Below are positions 28,801-39,256 of a stretch of 64,000 nt of DNA, piece by piece. Made by a program: the position numbers and the translations under genes. The notes under the pieces were generated by a model that had not been told where the DNA came from, did no database searches, and was given only the letters and a program-made list of their open reading frames with translations. The stretch is from Microbacteriaceae bacterium (GTDB taxonomy: Bacteria; Actinomycetota; Actinomycetes; Actinomycetales; Microbacteriaceae): NCBI GenBank assembly GCA_024645175.1, contig JAHEGB010000003.1:30708-94707 (forward strand), in the 5' to 3' direction. Every line of letters begins with the position of its first letter. Within the stretch, counting starts at the first letter, position 1.

Positions 28801-31800
28801 TGCCTTCGGTTTCGTCAGTAACCGGTGCACCGACCACCGCTACTAGTGCACTTGGTTCAACAGCGAACCCGCTAGTTCTAACAGTGAACTTCAGCAAAGC
28901 ATTTAGAAACTTGGCGACAACTGACTTCACATTCACCGGTGCAGGTATCGCGGGTTGTGTTGTTAGCGCCGTTGGTTCGGCAACCGACACTACTGCGCCA
29001 TACCAGTCGACGGTGACCGTCACTGGCTGCACCGCTGCCGGCGCGGTCTCACTCAAACTAAATGACTTTTCGATCAACGACATGACCGGAACAACCGGAA
29101 ACCTAGGCCCAGCAGCCAATGACCCAAACAGCGTGTTGGCGAGCTTCACTCGCGACATCGTTGCTCCGTCGATCACCCTGATTTCTAAGGCAATCACCGA
29201 CACCACGGTCACCTATAGCTACACCTTCAGCGAGCCAGTCGTTGGCTTCACCGCTTCGTCAATCACGCTGAGCCACAGCGTTGCCGGCGGCGCGACCGGA
29301 TGGGACATCTCGGCTCCGGTGCGGGTTCCGAGCACAAACGCATACGTGTTCACCGTTTCGAACCCAAACGCATTCGCCGGAAACGTCTCTTTGAGCATAA
29401 GCACCACGGCCGTTCGCGATGAATCTGGCAATGCGTTGACCTCTGGTGTGCTCATCACTTCTTCAGTTGACCAATCGATTGCGAAGCTCGCGTTCTTGCA
29501 GAGTTTCACTGTTGGCACTCTGAATGCATTCTCACTAGCAAGCCCAAACGTTCTAGCGCCGCAGATTACCTTGGATGGCCGCGGTCAGACAATCGCCGGA
29601 TTCCGAATTACAAATAAAGACTTTGTTACCGGCGACGTATTCACTTTGCCTGCGGGTTCATACGGTGACATCACAGTTGTGAGCAACACAAATGGCGTGA
29701 TTACTTTGAGCGGCACCACCGCAACTATTACGCAGTGGCAAACAGCATTGCGCGCAATCAGACTGCAACTCGGCAACACGGGTGGCTCATCGCGCGCTTT
29801 TGAATTCCACATGCAGCCAACCAAAAACTATTGGCTCGACAATGGTCACTTCTATGAGTTTGTAGATAACGGCGCTGCTATGACGCAAGCAACGGCTGAC
29901 CCGCTGGCGGCTGCAAGAACTCTTTATGGCGCATCAGGTTATCTAGCGGTTCCATTCACTCAAGCAGAAACTACTTTTCTTCAGGGGCTTTCTTCAATCA
30001 CGGCAAACGCTTGGGTGGGTTTGCAGAAAACAGCAGCCGGTGCAACATCGGTTAAAGTTCAGGCAACCGGAGCACCAAATAACGGAACAACCGTTCAAGA
30101 CTTTTTCTGGAATGGTGGCGAACCGAACCTTGCGAGCGATCTATGCATCCATGTTTATGTGACGAGTCTTCGCTGGAACGACATCGCTTGTTCAACAAAC
30201 GCGTTTCCAACCGGATACCTAGTTGAATACGGTGGCACCGGAGTTGCCGTTGCCGACTTGGTCAAAACAGCTTCGATCGCTGTTGACAACCAAGGCCCAA
30301 CGCTGACCTTGACGGCAACGTCGGCAAGCCAAACTGGGGCTACCGTTCAGTTCAGACTCACGGGCAATGAAGCACTCGATTGCACATCTGTGACCGCCGC
30401 TGATTTCGCGTTGACCGGCATGACCAACCTGGTTGTCACCCAGCAAAGCCCAACGGTGTGTGCGATTTCGGCAACCGCAACGGCAGCTCAGGGCACAACC
30501 GGCCCGGTTAGCCTGGCAATTTCTGGGGCTTTCTCTGTCACCGATGTCGCCCAGAACGCGAGCACCACCGTCACCGCAGGCGCATCATTGTCTGTGACCG
30601 TGGCAGTGCCAGACACCACCCCACCTCAGGTTGTCTCATTCGTGCCAGAAACGGCAACCTCTTCAACCCGCACTTTGACTTATGTATTGACCGCTGACGA
30701 GCCGATTGATTGCAGCACCCTATCGGCTGCCGACTTCGGTTTCTCTGGCGCTCGCTTTGTTGGCGCAACCGTTGACCCGAGTGACGACAAGGTGTGCCGC
30801 GTTATTGCCGTGGCAACTGTTGCACCAGGTTCGGCGGTCAACTCATCTGCAACCATCTCGGGTGCATTCTCGCTCTCTGACGTTCTTGGCAACGCTTCGA
30901 CCCCAGGTGTTGCAAGTCAAAGCGTCGCTTCGATCTCTGTGAACATTCCTGTTTCGAGTGGTTCTGGCTCGATCATTTCGACCCTCTTGCCAGGCACCTT
31001 GCCAGCAACGGTTATTGCAAACGCACCAACTCCTCTAAGCGGAGTTACCTCGGCAGCTCAGACCGCAATGGTCAACGCAAAAATTTTGGCACCAACCGCC
31101 GGAGCACCGACTGCTTTGGTCGAGTCAGACATTTCATACTTGAGCGCAGCAGACCCGATTGCACTTCAAAAAGTCACGACAGTTGATGCCGGCAGCCAGG
31201 TTAAATTCCAGATCAAGGTCGCACCAGAGCTAAACGCAACCCACGACGTCGTCGGTTACCTCAGCGTTGGTTCGAACTGGGTATACATGGGTCGTCAAGG
31301 ATTCACATCTGACCTAGTGGTTACAACTCCGATGACATTTGCCGAAGTTGGCACCTATGTCATGAAGTATTTCGTTGTTCCAAAGTCGGTTGTTGTCATC
31401 ACCTCGTCAATAAAGTCAAAGCTCGACGCTGCACCAGTTGTAATTAACTTCAAGCGAGCAGCAATCACGAGCTCTGACTTAACCGCAATCAGTGACAAGA
31501 GCCTTGAAGTAACAGTGAACGTTGTTACCGGCAGTGTTGTTCCGACTGTGGTTCAGCCAGCGCCTCCGGCTGCGCCACCTGCTCCTTCGGCAACACCGAC
31601 ACCAACGCCGACCCCGACTCCTTCGGCCACTAGAACACCGACTCCGACGCCAACCCCGTCGGCAACTAGAACACCGAGTGCGACGCCGACCCCGAGCAGA
31701 TCTGCAACACCTACTGCGACTCCAACTCCAACGCCAACCGCGGTAGTCACGCCAAGGCCAACTCCAACGCCAACCGTTGCACCTAGCCCGTCTGCAAGTG

Positions 31801-33440
31801 CGAGTGCGGTTGCTGCCGCACCTCTGGTTACGGCAGTGCCTGAGCCAGCCGCAGTTGTTGCCGCATTGACCACGATCGAGTTGCCAACCATTGACCCTGG
31901 TGCTCCGGTTGCTAACCCTGCGATCGGTGCAACCGGTGATGACAACGCAGCGCCAGTTGCCTTTGACCCACTCGCTTCACCTGAAGGTGTTGTCGCTGTT
32001 ACCGACACGGCAACCCAAGCAGTTGCCATTGTTTCTTCGGTTGCTGCCGCCGCCGGAGCCGCCGCTGCTGCTGCCGCTGCCGCTGGTGCAGCAGCAGGTG
32101 CTGCCGCCGGTGCAGCCGGAGCAAGTGCCGGTGCCGCTGGTTCAGCTGGTTCGGCCGGCGGTTCTGCTGGTTCGTCGTCTTCATCGAGTTCAAGCAACTC
32201 GAGCAGTTCATCGAACTCGAACAACTCGTCTGGCGACATCGCCGAACTAGAAGTTGCTCAAGACAACCTGACCCTCGAAGAAGAAAATTGGGGTGATCGA
32301 CTTGCGATGTTCAACTTCGCCTGGATCACCTTCTTCGACAGGCGTTCGCATCGTTTTGCAGAGCGCGCATCAAAGTTCTCGCCACTTCTTTCAAAGCTTG
32401 TGAACGATGGAGCGTATGCTCGAGCAATCTTTGGTTCGTTGTCACTGATCACGCCGATCATTGCAACAGTGCTTGCCTTTATTTCAGTCACAGCAAACGA
32501 CGGCGCAATTCTCACCCCACCATGGCAGTTGCTATTGGCAATTGCAGTTCTCGGAATGTTCGATGCGTTTGCCGGCTTTGCATCGGCCGTCGTCTTTGCA
32601 ATCGCAACCGTTGTTGCAGCAGGTCACCTTCCGAACATCGCAGAGACACGTTTGCTAATGGGAATCGTAGTTGTTGCGATTGGCCCTGCACTTCTCTCGA
32701 CAGCGTTTAGATCAATTCGAAAAGCCGCCGCGCTAAACCTAAATTCTTGGTGGGAGCGCATCACCGACCTCGCAGTGGTTCCGTTCATGGCTGGCTGGTC
32801 TGCCTCTGCGATGATTTCTACTCTGCCTGCCCTTGCCGGTTTGACTCTGAACGTCGCTAACCACGTGAATGACTTTGCTCTTGCGATTGCAGCGGCTGCG
32901 TTTGTGCGCGTGCTGGTCGAAGAATTTGCAGCGCGCTATTACCCAGCTCGCTTGAACTCGATCAACCCAGACGAAATCGCTGACCCACCGATGATTCAAA
33001 AGGTCATCGCACTTGCCATCAAGTTCGCAATCTGGGTATTTATCTCAACTGCCTTGATGGGCCCAAGCTGGCAAATCTGGGTTGGCTCGGCGCTGTTCTT
33101 GCTGCCTTCGATTCTGACCTGGTTCGCAGACCGCCTGCCAAACAGCCCGACCCTTTGGCGCTTCTTGCCGACGGGCATCCCTGGTCTTGCCCTAAGCCTC
33201 GTCGTGGCCACCCTGACCACTTCGCTAGTTGGCGCTTGGCTCGGGGCAACCCCTGAACTTGCCCAGTGGTCGTTTGTGATTCTGCCGTTGCCACTGTTGG
33301 CCATCAGCATTCTCGGCCTCTTTGGCCGTCACGGCGGCGAGCAGTTCGACGACCGCCCGGTCAAGCAGTCGGTTTGGGTCTACCGAATCGGTGGCGTGAT
33401 CATGCTTCTAGTCACACTCAAGTTGGCTGGCGTTATCTAA
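25812..33440 (+). CDS. Giant surface protein A (2542 aa): Gly-rich domain, Big-like Ig repeats, two C-type lectin domains, PT stalk, poly-Ala/Gly/Ser, ~10-11-TM C-terminal domain
   Basis: Signal peptide ending AQA-A; GGGGG runs; 'FSEPV.G','D.AGN' Ig repeats; 'NGHFYEFV...GYLA...GEPN...WND...VEYG'; hydrophobic C-terminal ~370 aa. Confidence 0.88.
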   Translation: MADWFKAFVAGQQKLVGGFVVVFLTLALSFAGAFETPITPTQPAQAAGQVCADGWTLVTAAGTYKNYCYKQMTNTATTLTVPPGVNTLVVNAYGGGGGNGGNAYDGCCGHDGWGGGGGAGDKVIGNLTVAAGQVIGFYPGTKGATGGQNSSLTSAGGVSSYSTSYNGGTGAPGSGNYFGGSGGGGGAATILTVDSTISLIAAGGGGGGGAGYCQASGTGATGPVANGTATNGANGTGKGGGGGGGVVGGAGGASQGYNGSCSNVFGTTYRGLGGARATSTTTFGTLSTHTASINGQIDAWYAPTPVATITLNAETQPPTLNSWTYTVNFLPDTTGVESSDFTMLENGQPATGWNIGAVTGGPATFSITVTKSGLADQTPIALRVDQSLVQNQSFGQAGVGTSQSADFIVDTLAPTVTSIDVTPDLVTANKISVTMNFSEPIYQIDLTKILLAGTSTTWTPTKPAVTVYPISSYTFTVVSSALVDGTLLITGSAQVVTDAAGNKNTVDGALSETVNTTTKPSVTMFAPRAARFSANTQTFDLVFNRAVYGLTAADVTFVTNAGCAVTPVVSGSGFAYTVTVNACTTGGDIKLRLAANAVKDKVAIDGPTAFFDSSIATRDIVGPTVTSISDVVKGNSVDYTYTFSEPVFGFTSADLSSYTGTTTAGWTFTEPVRVGTTNSYTFTASNTNAVTGVLKVNIATGGVTDDVGNVNLALTAQNYTDSTANLWFLPTFTTGTLATISSQDTALAPSFTLDGKGGNINGIRVTITNAKPGDTLSATALSGMSVTVTNGSVLTATGTTPTLANWQTFIQSIKIKTTSTDTTARSIEFHLKPFVGYSFETGQVYEQYSSGLGWDALKAIANAKNLGSNYGYLAVINDVAERDFVTGFTTQTVLTGMKKTVGTDTTNFANEIVKAFDGPDLTSTLTTVNWYTAQPDAASQFCLAMYSTGQVGNLGKFSDVSCTSPGTLNALIEYGGMPGGTSFVSSQTVNASVDVGVPSVSSVTGAPTTATSALGSTANPLVLTVNFSKAFRNLATTDFTFTGAGIAGCVVSAVGSATDTTAPYQSTVTVTGCTAAGAVSLKLNDFSINDMTGTTGNLGPAANDPNSVLASFTRDIVAPSITLISKAITDTTVTYSYTFSEPVVGFTASSITLSHSVAGGATGWDISAPVRVPSTNAYVFTVSNPNAFAGNVSLSISTTAVRDESGNALTSGVLITSSVDQSIAKLAFLQSFTVGTLNAFSLASPNVLAPQITLDGRGQTIAGFRITNKDFVTGDVFTLPAGSYGDITVVSNTNGVITLSGTTATITQWQTALRAIRLQLGNTGGSSRAFEFHMQPTKNYWLDNGHFYEFVDNGAAMTQATADPLAAARTLYGASGYLAVPFTQAETTFLQGLSSITANAWVGLQKTAAGATSVKVQATGAPNNGTTVQDFFWNGGEPNLASDLCIHVYVTSLRWNDIACSTNAFPTGYLVEYGGTGVAVADLVKTASIAVDNQGPTLTLTATSASQTGATVQFRLTGNEALDCTSVTAADFALTGMTNLVVTQQSPTVCAISATATAAQGTTGPVSLAISGAFSVTDVAQNASTTVTAGASLSVTVAVPDTTPPQVVSFVPETATSSTRTLTYVLTADEPIDCSTLSAADFGFSGARFVGATVDPSDDKVCRVIAVATVAPGSAVNSSATISGAFSLSDVLGNASTPGVASQSVASISVNIPVSSGSGSIISTLLPGTLPATVIANAPTPLSGVTSAAQTAMVNAKILAPTAGAPTALVESDISYLSAADPIALQKVTTVDAGSQVKFQIKVAPELNATHDVVGYLSVGSNWVYMGRQGFTSDLVVTTPMTFAEVGTYVMKYFVVPKSVVVITSSIKSKLDAAPVVINFKRAAITSSDLTAISDKSLEVTVNVVTGSVVPTVVQPAPPAAPPAPSATPTPTPTPTPSATRTPTPTPTPSATRTPSATPTPSRSATPTATPTPTPTAVVTPRPTPTPTVAPSPSASASAVAAAPLVTAVPEPAAVVAALTTIELPTIDPGAPVANPAIGATGDDNAAPVAFDPLASPEGVVAVTDTATQAVAIVSSVAAAAGAAAAAAAAAGAAAGAAAGAAGASAGAAGSAGSAGGSAGSSSSSSSSNSSSSSNSNNSSGDIAELEVAQDNLTLEEENWGDRLAMFNFAWITFFDRRSHRFAERASKFSPLLSKLVNDGAYARAIFGSLSLITPIIATVLAFISVTANDGAILTPPWQLLLAIAVLGMFDAFAGFASAVVFAIATVVAAGHLPNIAETRLLMGIVVVAIGPALLSTAFRSIRKAAALNLNSWWERITDLAVVPFMAGWSASAMISTLPALAGLTLNVANHVNDFALAIAAAAFVRVLVEEFAARYYPARLNSINPDEIADPPMIQKVIALAIKFAIWVFISTALMGPSWQIWVGSALFLLPSILTWFADRLPNSPTLWRFLPTGIPGLALSLVVATLTTSLVGAWLGATPELAQWSFVILPLPLLAISILGLFGRHGGEQFDDRPVKQSVWVYRIGGVIMLLVTLKLAGVI

Positions 33441-33444
33441 AAGA

Positions 33445-34590
33445 TCAGCGGCTTGCTTTGCCCAAAGCAGTCATTGCCGCATTCGCTTTTCCGCTGCCGG
33501 TCACAAGCGATGAGTTTGAAATCTGCGCTGGGTCAAAAGAGTCGCGAAGTTTCGATGTGTTAGGTGAAATGCCTTCCCACCACCAAACACCTAGGGCCTT
33601 GGTGCCCGCGCTTGTTCTCAACACAGAAGAAATCTTGGATGCATATGCAGCCTGACCACTTGGGCTTTGAGCGATGCTAACTAGTCGGTTAGTTGCTGCG
33701 TCGAACAGTTGACGGTTTGATGACTTTTCGCTGTTTAGATATGCGGTCTCAGCGATTGCAACTGGCAAATCAAACTTCTCTACAACGTTCTTGACGTTTG
33801 CAGCAATAACGTCAAGGGAACCTGACCACTGCGGGTAATAGCTAAGGCCAATTGCATCTGGTCGAGTCAAACCGTTTGCAAAGGCGTTGGTGAACCAACC
33901 TTCGGTTTTACCCAAGTCGCCACCGGTCTCGAGGTGAATCATTACCTTTGGGTGCGACGAAGAATTCTTTACTGCTGCAATTGCAGCGTTGAGCAAAGAG
34001 TTCATAATCGTGAACTCAGCGGATGACCATTTGTTTAGTTTGCCGGTTGGCCAGAGCAGACCATTTGCAATTTCGTTTCCGACTTGAACCCAAGTCGGTG
34101 AAGTTCCTTGTCGAGCAAGACGAGTTAGCACCGATGTCGTGTAGTTCGAAACTTGCTGCACCAGTTGTTCTTGGTTCATCGAAGACCAAGTCGCAGGGGT
34201 TGCTTGATGACCCGGATCAGCCCACCAATCGCTGAAGTGAATGTCGAGCACCAGCTGCAACTTCGCGGCCTTGATTCGCTTCGCGAGGGCTAAGACCTCG
34301 GCTAGTGATCCGTGCTCATTTGGCGGGGTCACCCAAAGACGCACTCGGGCAACCGAGAGCCCTGCGTTCTTCATTAGAACGAGCGGGTCAACCCGCTTAG
34401 ATTTGGCATCGAAAAACTTAGAGCCGTCTTGCTCAATGGTCGGCAACCACGAGACGTCGGCACCGTTCAAAAGCACCGATGCCTTCGGGGCCGCCTGGGC
34501 GCTAACTTGCGCGACTGGCTGCAGCCCACCGAAGACAGCAAGCAACGCCACCACCAAAGCGGTGGCAGAACGGAGCCGAGGGCCATGCAT
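33445..34590 (-). CDS. Secreted GH53 endo-1,4-beta-galactanase
   Basis: 'GADVSWL','RVRLWV','DIHFSDWWADPGHQ','VQVGNE','IGLSYYP','IAETAY'. Confidence 0.92.
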   Translation of the reverse strand: MHGPRLRSATALVVALLAVFGGLQPVAQVSAQAAPKASVLLNGADVSWLPTIEQDGSKFFDAKSKRVDPLVLMKNAGLSVARVRLWVTPPNEHGSLAEVLALAKRIKAAKLQLVLDIHFSDWWADPGHQATPATWSSMNQEQLVQQVSNYTTSVLTRLARQGTSPTWVQVGNEIANGLLWPTGKLNKWSSAEFTIMNSLLNAAIAAVKNSSSHPKVMIHLETGGDLGKTEGWFTNAFANGLTRPDAIGLSYYPQWSGSLDVIAANVKNVVEKFDLPVAIAETAYLNSEKSSNRQLFDAATNRLVSIAQSPSGQAAYASKISSVLRTSAGTKALGVWWWEGISPNTSKLRDSFDPAQISNSSLVTGSGKANAAMTALGKASR

Positions 34591-34647
34591 GCCCCCAATC
34601 TATACGGTGAGTGGAATAAACCTGTCAAGATGGGGTTTACTTAAGTC

Positions 34648-35682
34648 ATGACAGACAAGAACTACACCTTCGGCCTAGACACCTTCGGCGACAGCTCGGT
34701 CGACGAGCAGGGCAACCCAAAGACAGACGCCCAGACTATTCGTGACATCGTCGAGCAGGCCGTGCTCGCAGATCAGCTTGGGCTAGACCACTTCAACGTT
34801 GGCGAGCACCACCGCGACGACTTCGCGGTTAGTGCACCAGACACAGTTCTTGCCGGCATCGCGACCGTAACTAAAAACATCAAGCTCGGCAGCGGTGTAA
34901 CCGTTCTTTCGAGTGACGACCCGGTTCGCGTCTATCAAAGATTTGCAACTCTCGATGCGCTTTCAAACGGTCGCGCAGAAATCACCGCCGGTCGCGGATC
35001 ATTCACCGAGAGCTTTCCGCTATTCGGTTATGCGCTCAGCGACTATCACGTGCTCTTCGAAGAGAAACTCGATCTGCTCGTGAAACTTCTCAAAGAGAAG
35101 CCAGTCACCTGGAGCGGCACAACTCGCGCAAGCTTGACCAACCAAGAGGTTTACCCAAAAACAGAAAACGGACTATCGATTCGCGTTGGTGTTGGAGGCA
35201 GCCCAGAGTCAGTTGTGCGTGCAGCCAATCATGGAATTCCGATGGCACTCGCAATCATCGGCGGCGACCCTGCACGCTTTGAACCATTCGCGCGTTTGTA
35301 TCGCACACGCCTTCAAGAACTCGGCAAACCACAACTGCCTGTTTCAATTCACTCACCCGGATACATCGCTCCAACCGACGAAGAAGCAGCAGAAGAATTC
35401 TGGCCTTACTACAAGGGTTCATTCGGTCGCATTGGTCGCGAACGCGGATGGGGCGAAACCACACACGGTCACTTCATGAGTGAAGTGCTGCACGGCTCGA
35501 TGTATGTCGGCTCACCAGAAACCGTCGCAAAGAAAATTGCATACGCGATTCAGTCGGTCGGTGCTCAGCGCTTCGACCTGAAGTATTCAAACGGACCAAT
35601 GCCGCAGAGTCGTTTGCTTCGCAACATCGAGCTCTATGCAAACGAGGTTGTGCCGCGCGTCAAGAAGCTGCTCGCGGAATAG
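34648..35682 (+). CDS. LLM class flavin-dependent oxidoreductase
   Basis: 'VGEHHRDDF','VTVLSSDDPVRVYQRFATLD','GRGSFTESF'. Confidence 0.93.
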   Translation: MTDKNYTFGLDTFGDSSVDEQGNPKTDAQTIRDIVEQAVLADQLGLDHFNVGEHHRDDFAVSAPDTVLAGIATVTKNIKLGSGVTVLSSDDPVRVYQRFATLDALSNGRAEITAGRGSFTESFPLFGYALSDYHVLFEEKLDLLVKLLKEKPVTWSGTTRASLTNQEVYPKTENGLSIRVGVGGSPESVVRAANHGIPMALAIIGGDPARFEPFARLYRTRLQELGKPQLPVSIHSPGYIAPTDEEAAEEFWPYYKGSFGRIGRERGWGETTHGHFMSEVLHGSMYVGSPETVAKKIAYAIQSVGAQRFDLKYSNGPMPQSRLLRNIELYANEVVPRVKKLLAE

Positions 35683-35710
35683 CAGGGCAACCCGAAGGGT
35701 TAGACCCTCT

Positions 35711-36640
35711 GTGCCCGAATCTCTGAACCAGCCGCACCGCCCAAACACCAAGCTGCAATCGGCTTTGGCGCGGCGATTCGTGCGCCTGCTCTCGGGCTCT
35801 GAAACTGGCAAACCGCCTTGGCTCAAGCAGGTTGCCGATGGCGAAGAGGCGGGGCTCTACCTGCCAAATCAAGCCCCATGGATAGTTCACGCCGATTTCG
35901 CCACCCTGGTTGGCGGTGTTCGTGCGCTATTGATGCAGGCGCTGCATCCGGGTTCACTAACCGGTGTTCGTCAGCACTCGCGCTACAAAGATGACCCGCT
36001 CGGCCGTCTCGCCGGAACCATTCGTTGGTTGACCGTGACCACCTTCGGCCCGATCGAGTCGAATCTCAAAGAGGCGAACCGAGTCAATCGCCTGCACACT
36101 CGCGTTAAGGGTGAATACCAAACTTCGACAGGCGAGAGCCGTCACTACCAAGCTGCCGACAAAGACTTGCTTTTGTGGGTGCACGTTGCATTCATGGATA
36201 GCTTCTTGCGCTCACACCAGAACTACTCAAAGCGACCGATTCCTGGGGGAGCAGACGAATATGTTCGCCTGTGGGCTGCTTCTGTAAAACGACTCGGCCT
36301 AGATGTTGCGCCGCAGAACGAAAAAGAATTGCTCGAGACGCTCGCAACTTTTGAATCGCAACTCGTGGTCACCGAAGAAACGCGCGATGTCATCAAGTGG
36401 ATCAAGAACCCACCGCTGCCAACTTTGGCAAAACCTTTCTATCGTTTGTTCTTCTTTGCGGCGTTGGCTTCGATGCCGCAGAGCTATCAGAATCTAATCG
36501 GTGAACGAGCACTGCCGCTGTGGTTCGTGAAATCGCAAACTACAAACTTGCTAAGACTCATGCGTTTTGCAATTGGCCACGAATCGCCAATCGAAGAAGC
36601 ATCGATTGCAAGACTTCGCAGAATCGGCGCTTGGCAATAA
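35711..36640 (+). CDS. DUF2236 / MpaB-family oxygenase
   Basis: 'VHAD...GGVRALLMQALHP','DPLGRL','VNRLH..V.G','LLLWVH'; GTG start inferred. Confidence 0.85.
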   Translation: MPESLNQPHRPNTKLQSALARRFVRLLSGSETGKPPWLKQVADGEEAGLYLPNQAPWIVHADFATLVGGVRALLMQALHPGSLTGVRQHSRYKDDPLGRLAGTIRWLTVTTFGPIESNLKEANRVNRLHTRVKGEYQTSTGESRHYQAADKDLLLWVHVAFMDSFLRSHQNYSKRPIPGGADEYVRLWAASVKRLGLDVAPQNEKELLETLATFESQLVVTEETRDVIKWIKNPPLPTLAKPFYRLFFFAALASMPQSYQNLIGERALPLWFVKSQTTNLLRLMRFAIGHESPIEEASIARLRRIGAWQ

Positions 36641-36649
36641 CCTAAGAGC

Positions 36650-37282
36650 ATGAAGAGAGTTCTGCTAACCGGCTTCGAGCCCTTTGCCGGTTCGAGCATG
36701 AACCCGAGCGAGCAAATCGTCAAAGCACTTGCTGCCACTGGCATCGTCGATTCTTCGGGCCAGCCGCAGGTCGAACTGCACACAGCTGTTCTGCCGGTTG
36801 TCTTCACCGAATCGAGTGAACTGCTCAAGCACCTAATCAAGTTGCACCAGCCAGACATCGTGATCTGCCTCGGTCAAGCAGAGGGTCGTCGCGAAATCAG
36901 TTTCGAACGCGTTGCCATCAACCTCGACGACGCCCGACTCGCAGACAACGCGGGCAGAACCATCACAGACCAACCCGTCGTTGAAGGTGGCCAGCCTGCA
37001 CACTTCACAACCCTGCCTGTCAAAGAGATGGTTGCCGCGGTGCGAGCCGAGGGAATTGCCGCTGGTCTTTCGACCACAGCAGGCACCTTCGTTTGCAATC
37101 ACATCTTCTATGCGCTTCAGCACGCGCTAATTGGCACAGGCAAGCACAGCGGGTTCATCCATGTGCCGTTGATCGAAGAGCAAGCAAGCGAGTTCGAAGG
37201 CCAGCCGACCATGTCGCTCAATCAGCAGGTCGAGGCCATTCGCGTTGCGATTCAGGTCGCCGCGGGCATTCACGAAGCGTAG
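36650..37282 (+). CDS. pcp: Pyroglutamyl-peptidase I
   Basis: 'LLTGFEPF','ERVAIN','AGTFVCNH','GFIHVP'. Confidence 0.95.
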   Translation: MKRVLLTGFEPFAGSSMNPSEQIVKALAATGIVDSSGQPQVELHTAVLPVVFTESSELLKHLIKLHQPDIVICLGQAEGRREISFERVAINLDDARLADNAGRTITDQPVVEGGQPAHFTTLPVKEMVAAVRAEGIAAGLSTTAGTFVCNHIFYALQHALIGTGKHSGFIHVPLIEEQASEFEGQPTMSLNQQVEAIRVAIQVAAGIHEA

Positions 37283-37291
37283 ATTTATCTG

Positions 37292-38326
37292 GTGATTGAA
37301 CGCAAAGTATGGCGCAGCTTCGCAAGTGATAACTACGCGGGTGTGCACCCACAGATTTTTGAGGCAATGGCCTCTGTCAACGATGGCCACGAGCGTGCCT
37401 ATGGCGCAGACGCCGTAACCGACGAGCTGCTTCGCGTCATCAAGCAAGAGTTCGGCGAGCACGCAACGGTCTACCCGGTCTTCAACGGAACCGGCGCAAA
37501 CGTCGTTTCGCTCTCGGCAGCCACTCGCCGCTGGGAGGCCGTCATCTGCGCGGCCACCGCGCACATCAACACAGACGAGGGCGGCGCGCCAGAGAAGATG
37601 GCCGGGCTAAAACTCTGGACGGTCGAAACCCCAGACGGCAAACTAACCCCAGAACTCATCGAGACACAGTGCTTCGACTTCGACTTCGTGCACCGAGCTC
37701 AGCAGGCAGTGGTCTCGATTACCCAGACCACCGAAATGGGCACGCTCTATTCGATCGACGAAATTCGCGCGATTGCCGAAACCGCTCACAAGCACGGGCT
37801 CTTTTTGCATATGGATGGCGCCCGCTTGTCAAACGCAGCCGCGGCACTTGGCGCAAACTTCAAGCAGTTCACAACCGATGTCGGTGTTGACCTGGTTTCG
37901 TTCGGCGGAACAAAGATTGGTGCACTCGCCGCCGAGGCCGTGATCGTGCTCAACCAAGAACTCGACAATCAAATCGCTTTCTTGCGAAAGACTTCGATGC
38001 AGTTGCCGAGCAAGATGCGTTTCGTTAGCGCGCAGTTGATTGCGCTTCTGCGCGATGGTTCAAAACTCGCGATTGCAAATGGCAATCACGCAAACGGCAT
38101 GGCTCGTCGACTCGATGCGGGCATCCGTGCTCTTGGTCTCGCGCTGCCAAACCCGACAGAGGCAAACGCGGTGTTTCCGATTTTGCCTGCCGGCGTTTAT
38201 GAAAAACTTCAAGATGAGTTTCCGTTTTATGTTTGGAATCACACCATCAATCAGGTGCGCCTAATGTGCTCATGGGACACCACCGAAGCAGACGTCGACG
38301 CGTTGCTTGAGGCAATCAAAAGATAG
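37292..38326 (+). CDS. ltaE: Low-specificity L-threonine aldolase
   Basis: 'FASDNYAG','YGAD','HMDGARL','SFGGTK'. Confidence 0.9.
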   Translation: MIERKVWRSFASDNYAGVHPQIFEAMASVNDGHERAYGADAVTDELLRVIKQEFGEHATVYPVFNGTGANVVSLSAATRRWEAVICAATAHINTDEGGAPEKMAGLKLWTVETPDGKLTPELIETQCFDFDFVHRAQQAVVSITQTTEMGTLYSIDEIRAIAETAHKHGLFLHMDGARLSNAAAALGANFKQFTTDVGVDLVSFGGTKIGALAAEAVIVLNQELDNQIAFLRKTSMQLPSKMRFVSAQLIALLRDGSKLAIANGNHANGMARRLDAGIRALGLALPNPTEANAVFPILPAGVYEKLQDEFPFYVWNHTINQVRLMCSWDTTEADVDALLEAIKR

Positions 38327-38334
38327 GTCAACTA

Positions 38335-38547
38335 ATGGCAGAAAAAGTTCAGGGCCCGAAGAGTTACTTTCCGTCAATCGAAAAGAAGTATGGCAAGCCG
38401 ATTGATTTCTGGATGAACATCTTGAAGAAGCACAAGACCAAGACCCACATGGAGATGGTTGCAGTGCTAAAGACCGAGCATGAAATGGGCCACGGTCACG
38501 CAAACGCAATCGTGCACGTGTTCAGAGCCGAAAACGGCCTGAAGTAA
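38335..38547 (+). CDS. DUF4287 domain protein
   Basis: 'YFPSIEKKYGKPIDFW...HMEMVAVLKTEHEMGHGHANA'. Confidence 0.88.
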   Translation: MAEKVQGPKSYFPSIEKKYGKPIDFWMNILKKHKTKTHMEMVAVLKTEHEMGHGHANAIVHVFRAENGLK

Positions 38548-39024
38548 TTAAAGAGCTGCCTCGATTGCAGCGATGACCTTTGGGTCATCTGGCTTAGTTT
38601 GTGGGCGAAAGCGCTCGATTGAGCCGTCTTTGTGAACCAAGAACTTTTCGAAGTTCCACATGACCGGCCCGGCAAGACCCATGTGGTCCTTAGTTTTGAC
38701 CAAGTCTTTGTAGAGCGGGTGACGGTTGCGACCGTTTACCTTGACCATTTCGGTCATCGCAAAGGTGACTCCCCAGGTAGTTGAGCAATACTCGGCTACT
38801 TCTTCGTTGCTGCCCAACTCTTGCTTGAACTGATCGCTAGGCATGCCAACCACAGTGAAACCCTTAGGGCCATACTTCTTCTGCAGCGCTTCGAGCGCTT
38901 CATACTGGGGGGTTAGCCCGCAGCGCGAGGCTACGTTGACCACCAGCACCGGGCCTTTACCGAGTGCGCCAAAGGTGGTTTTGGTTCCGTCGATCAGGGT
39001 CAGTTCAATTTTGCGAATGCTCAT
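38548..39024 (-). CDS. Glutathione peroxidase family protein
   Basis: 'LVVNVASRCGLTPQY','WNFEKFL'; the start codon is at 39024 or 39030. Confidence 0.93.
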   Translation of the reverse strand: MSIRKIELTLIDGTKTTFGALGKGPVLVVNVASRCGLTPQYEALEALQKKYGPKGFTVVGMPSDQFKQELGSNEEVAEYCSTTWGVTFAMTEMVKVNGRNRHPLYKDLVKTKDHMGLAGPVMWNFEKFLVHKDGSIERFRPQTKPDDPKVIAAIEAAL

Positions 39025-39049
39025 GCTCAATAGAACCGATTCGGTCAGA

Positions 39050-39256
39050 CTAAATTCCCGACTTCTTTGGCTTAATTCGCAGCCAGATGCGTTCGTGAAT
39101 GTAATAGAGCACTGCCTCGCCGAGGGTCTGCAGCAGGGCGATGGTCAGCCCGAGCTCCCAACTCTTTGTGAGCAGGTAAGTGATGGTGAACATCATGCAG
39201 TTGTGAAAGACATACCAACTGATGGTTTTGCTCAGCGTGCGCTTCTTCGAGTCCAT
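39050..39256 (-). CDS. DUF2061 small membrane protein
   Basis: 'KRTLSKTISW...LYYIHERIW'; TAATG coupling to ptsI. Confidence 0.85.
   Translation of the reverse strand: MDSKKRTLSKTISWYVFHNCMMFTITYLLTKSWELGLTIALLQTLGEAVLYYIHERIWLRIKPKKSGI

Noticed and set aside
31560-31800. Short tandem-like repeats (also 59520-59720) as a possible CRISPR array or VNTR
   Set aside because: They are degenerate Pro-Thr coding repeats with no constant repeat/unique spacer pattern and no cas genes.
31553-32239. Long antisense ORFs opposite the PT/poly-Ala regions of both giants (also 59801..60535)
   Set aside because: They are shadows of low-complexity Pro/Thr/Ala/Gly codons that lack antisense stops; no RBS or recognisable domain.
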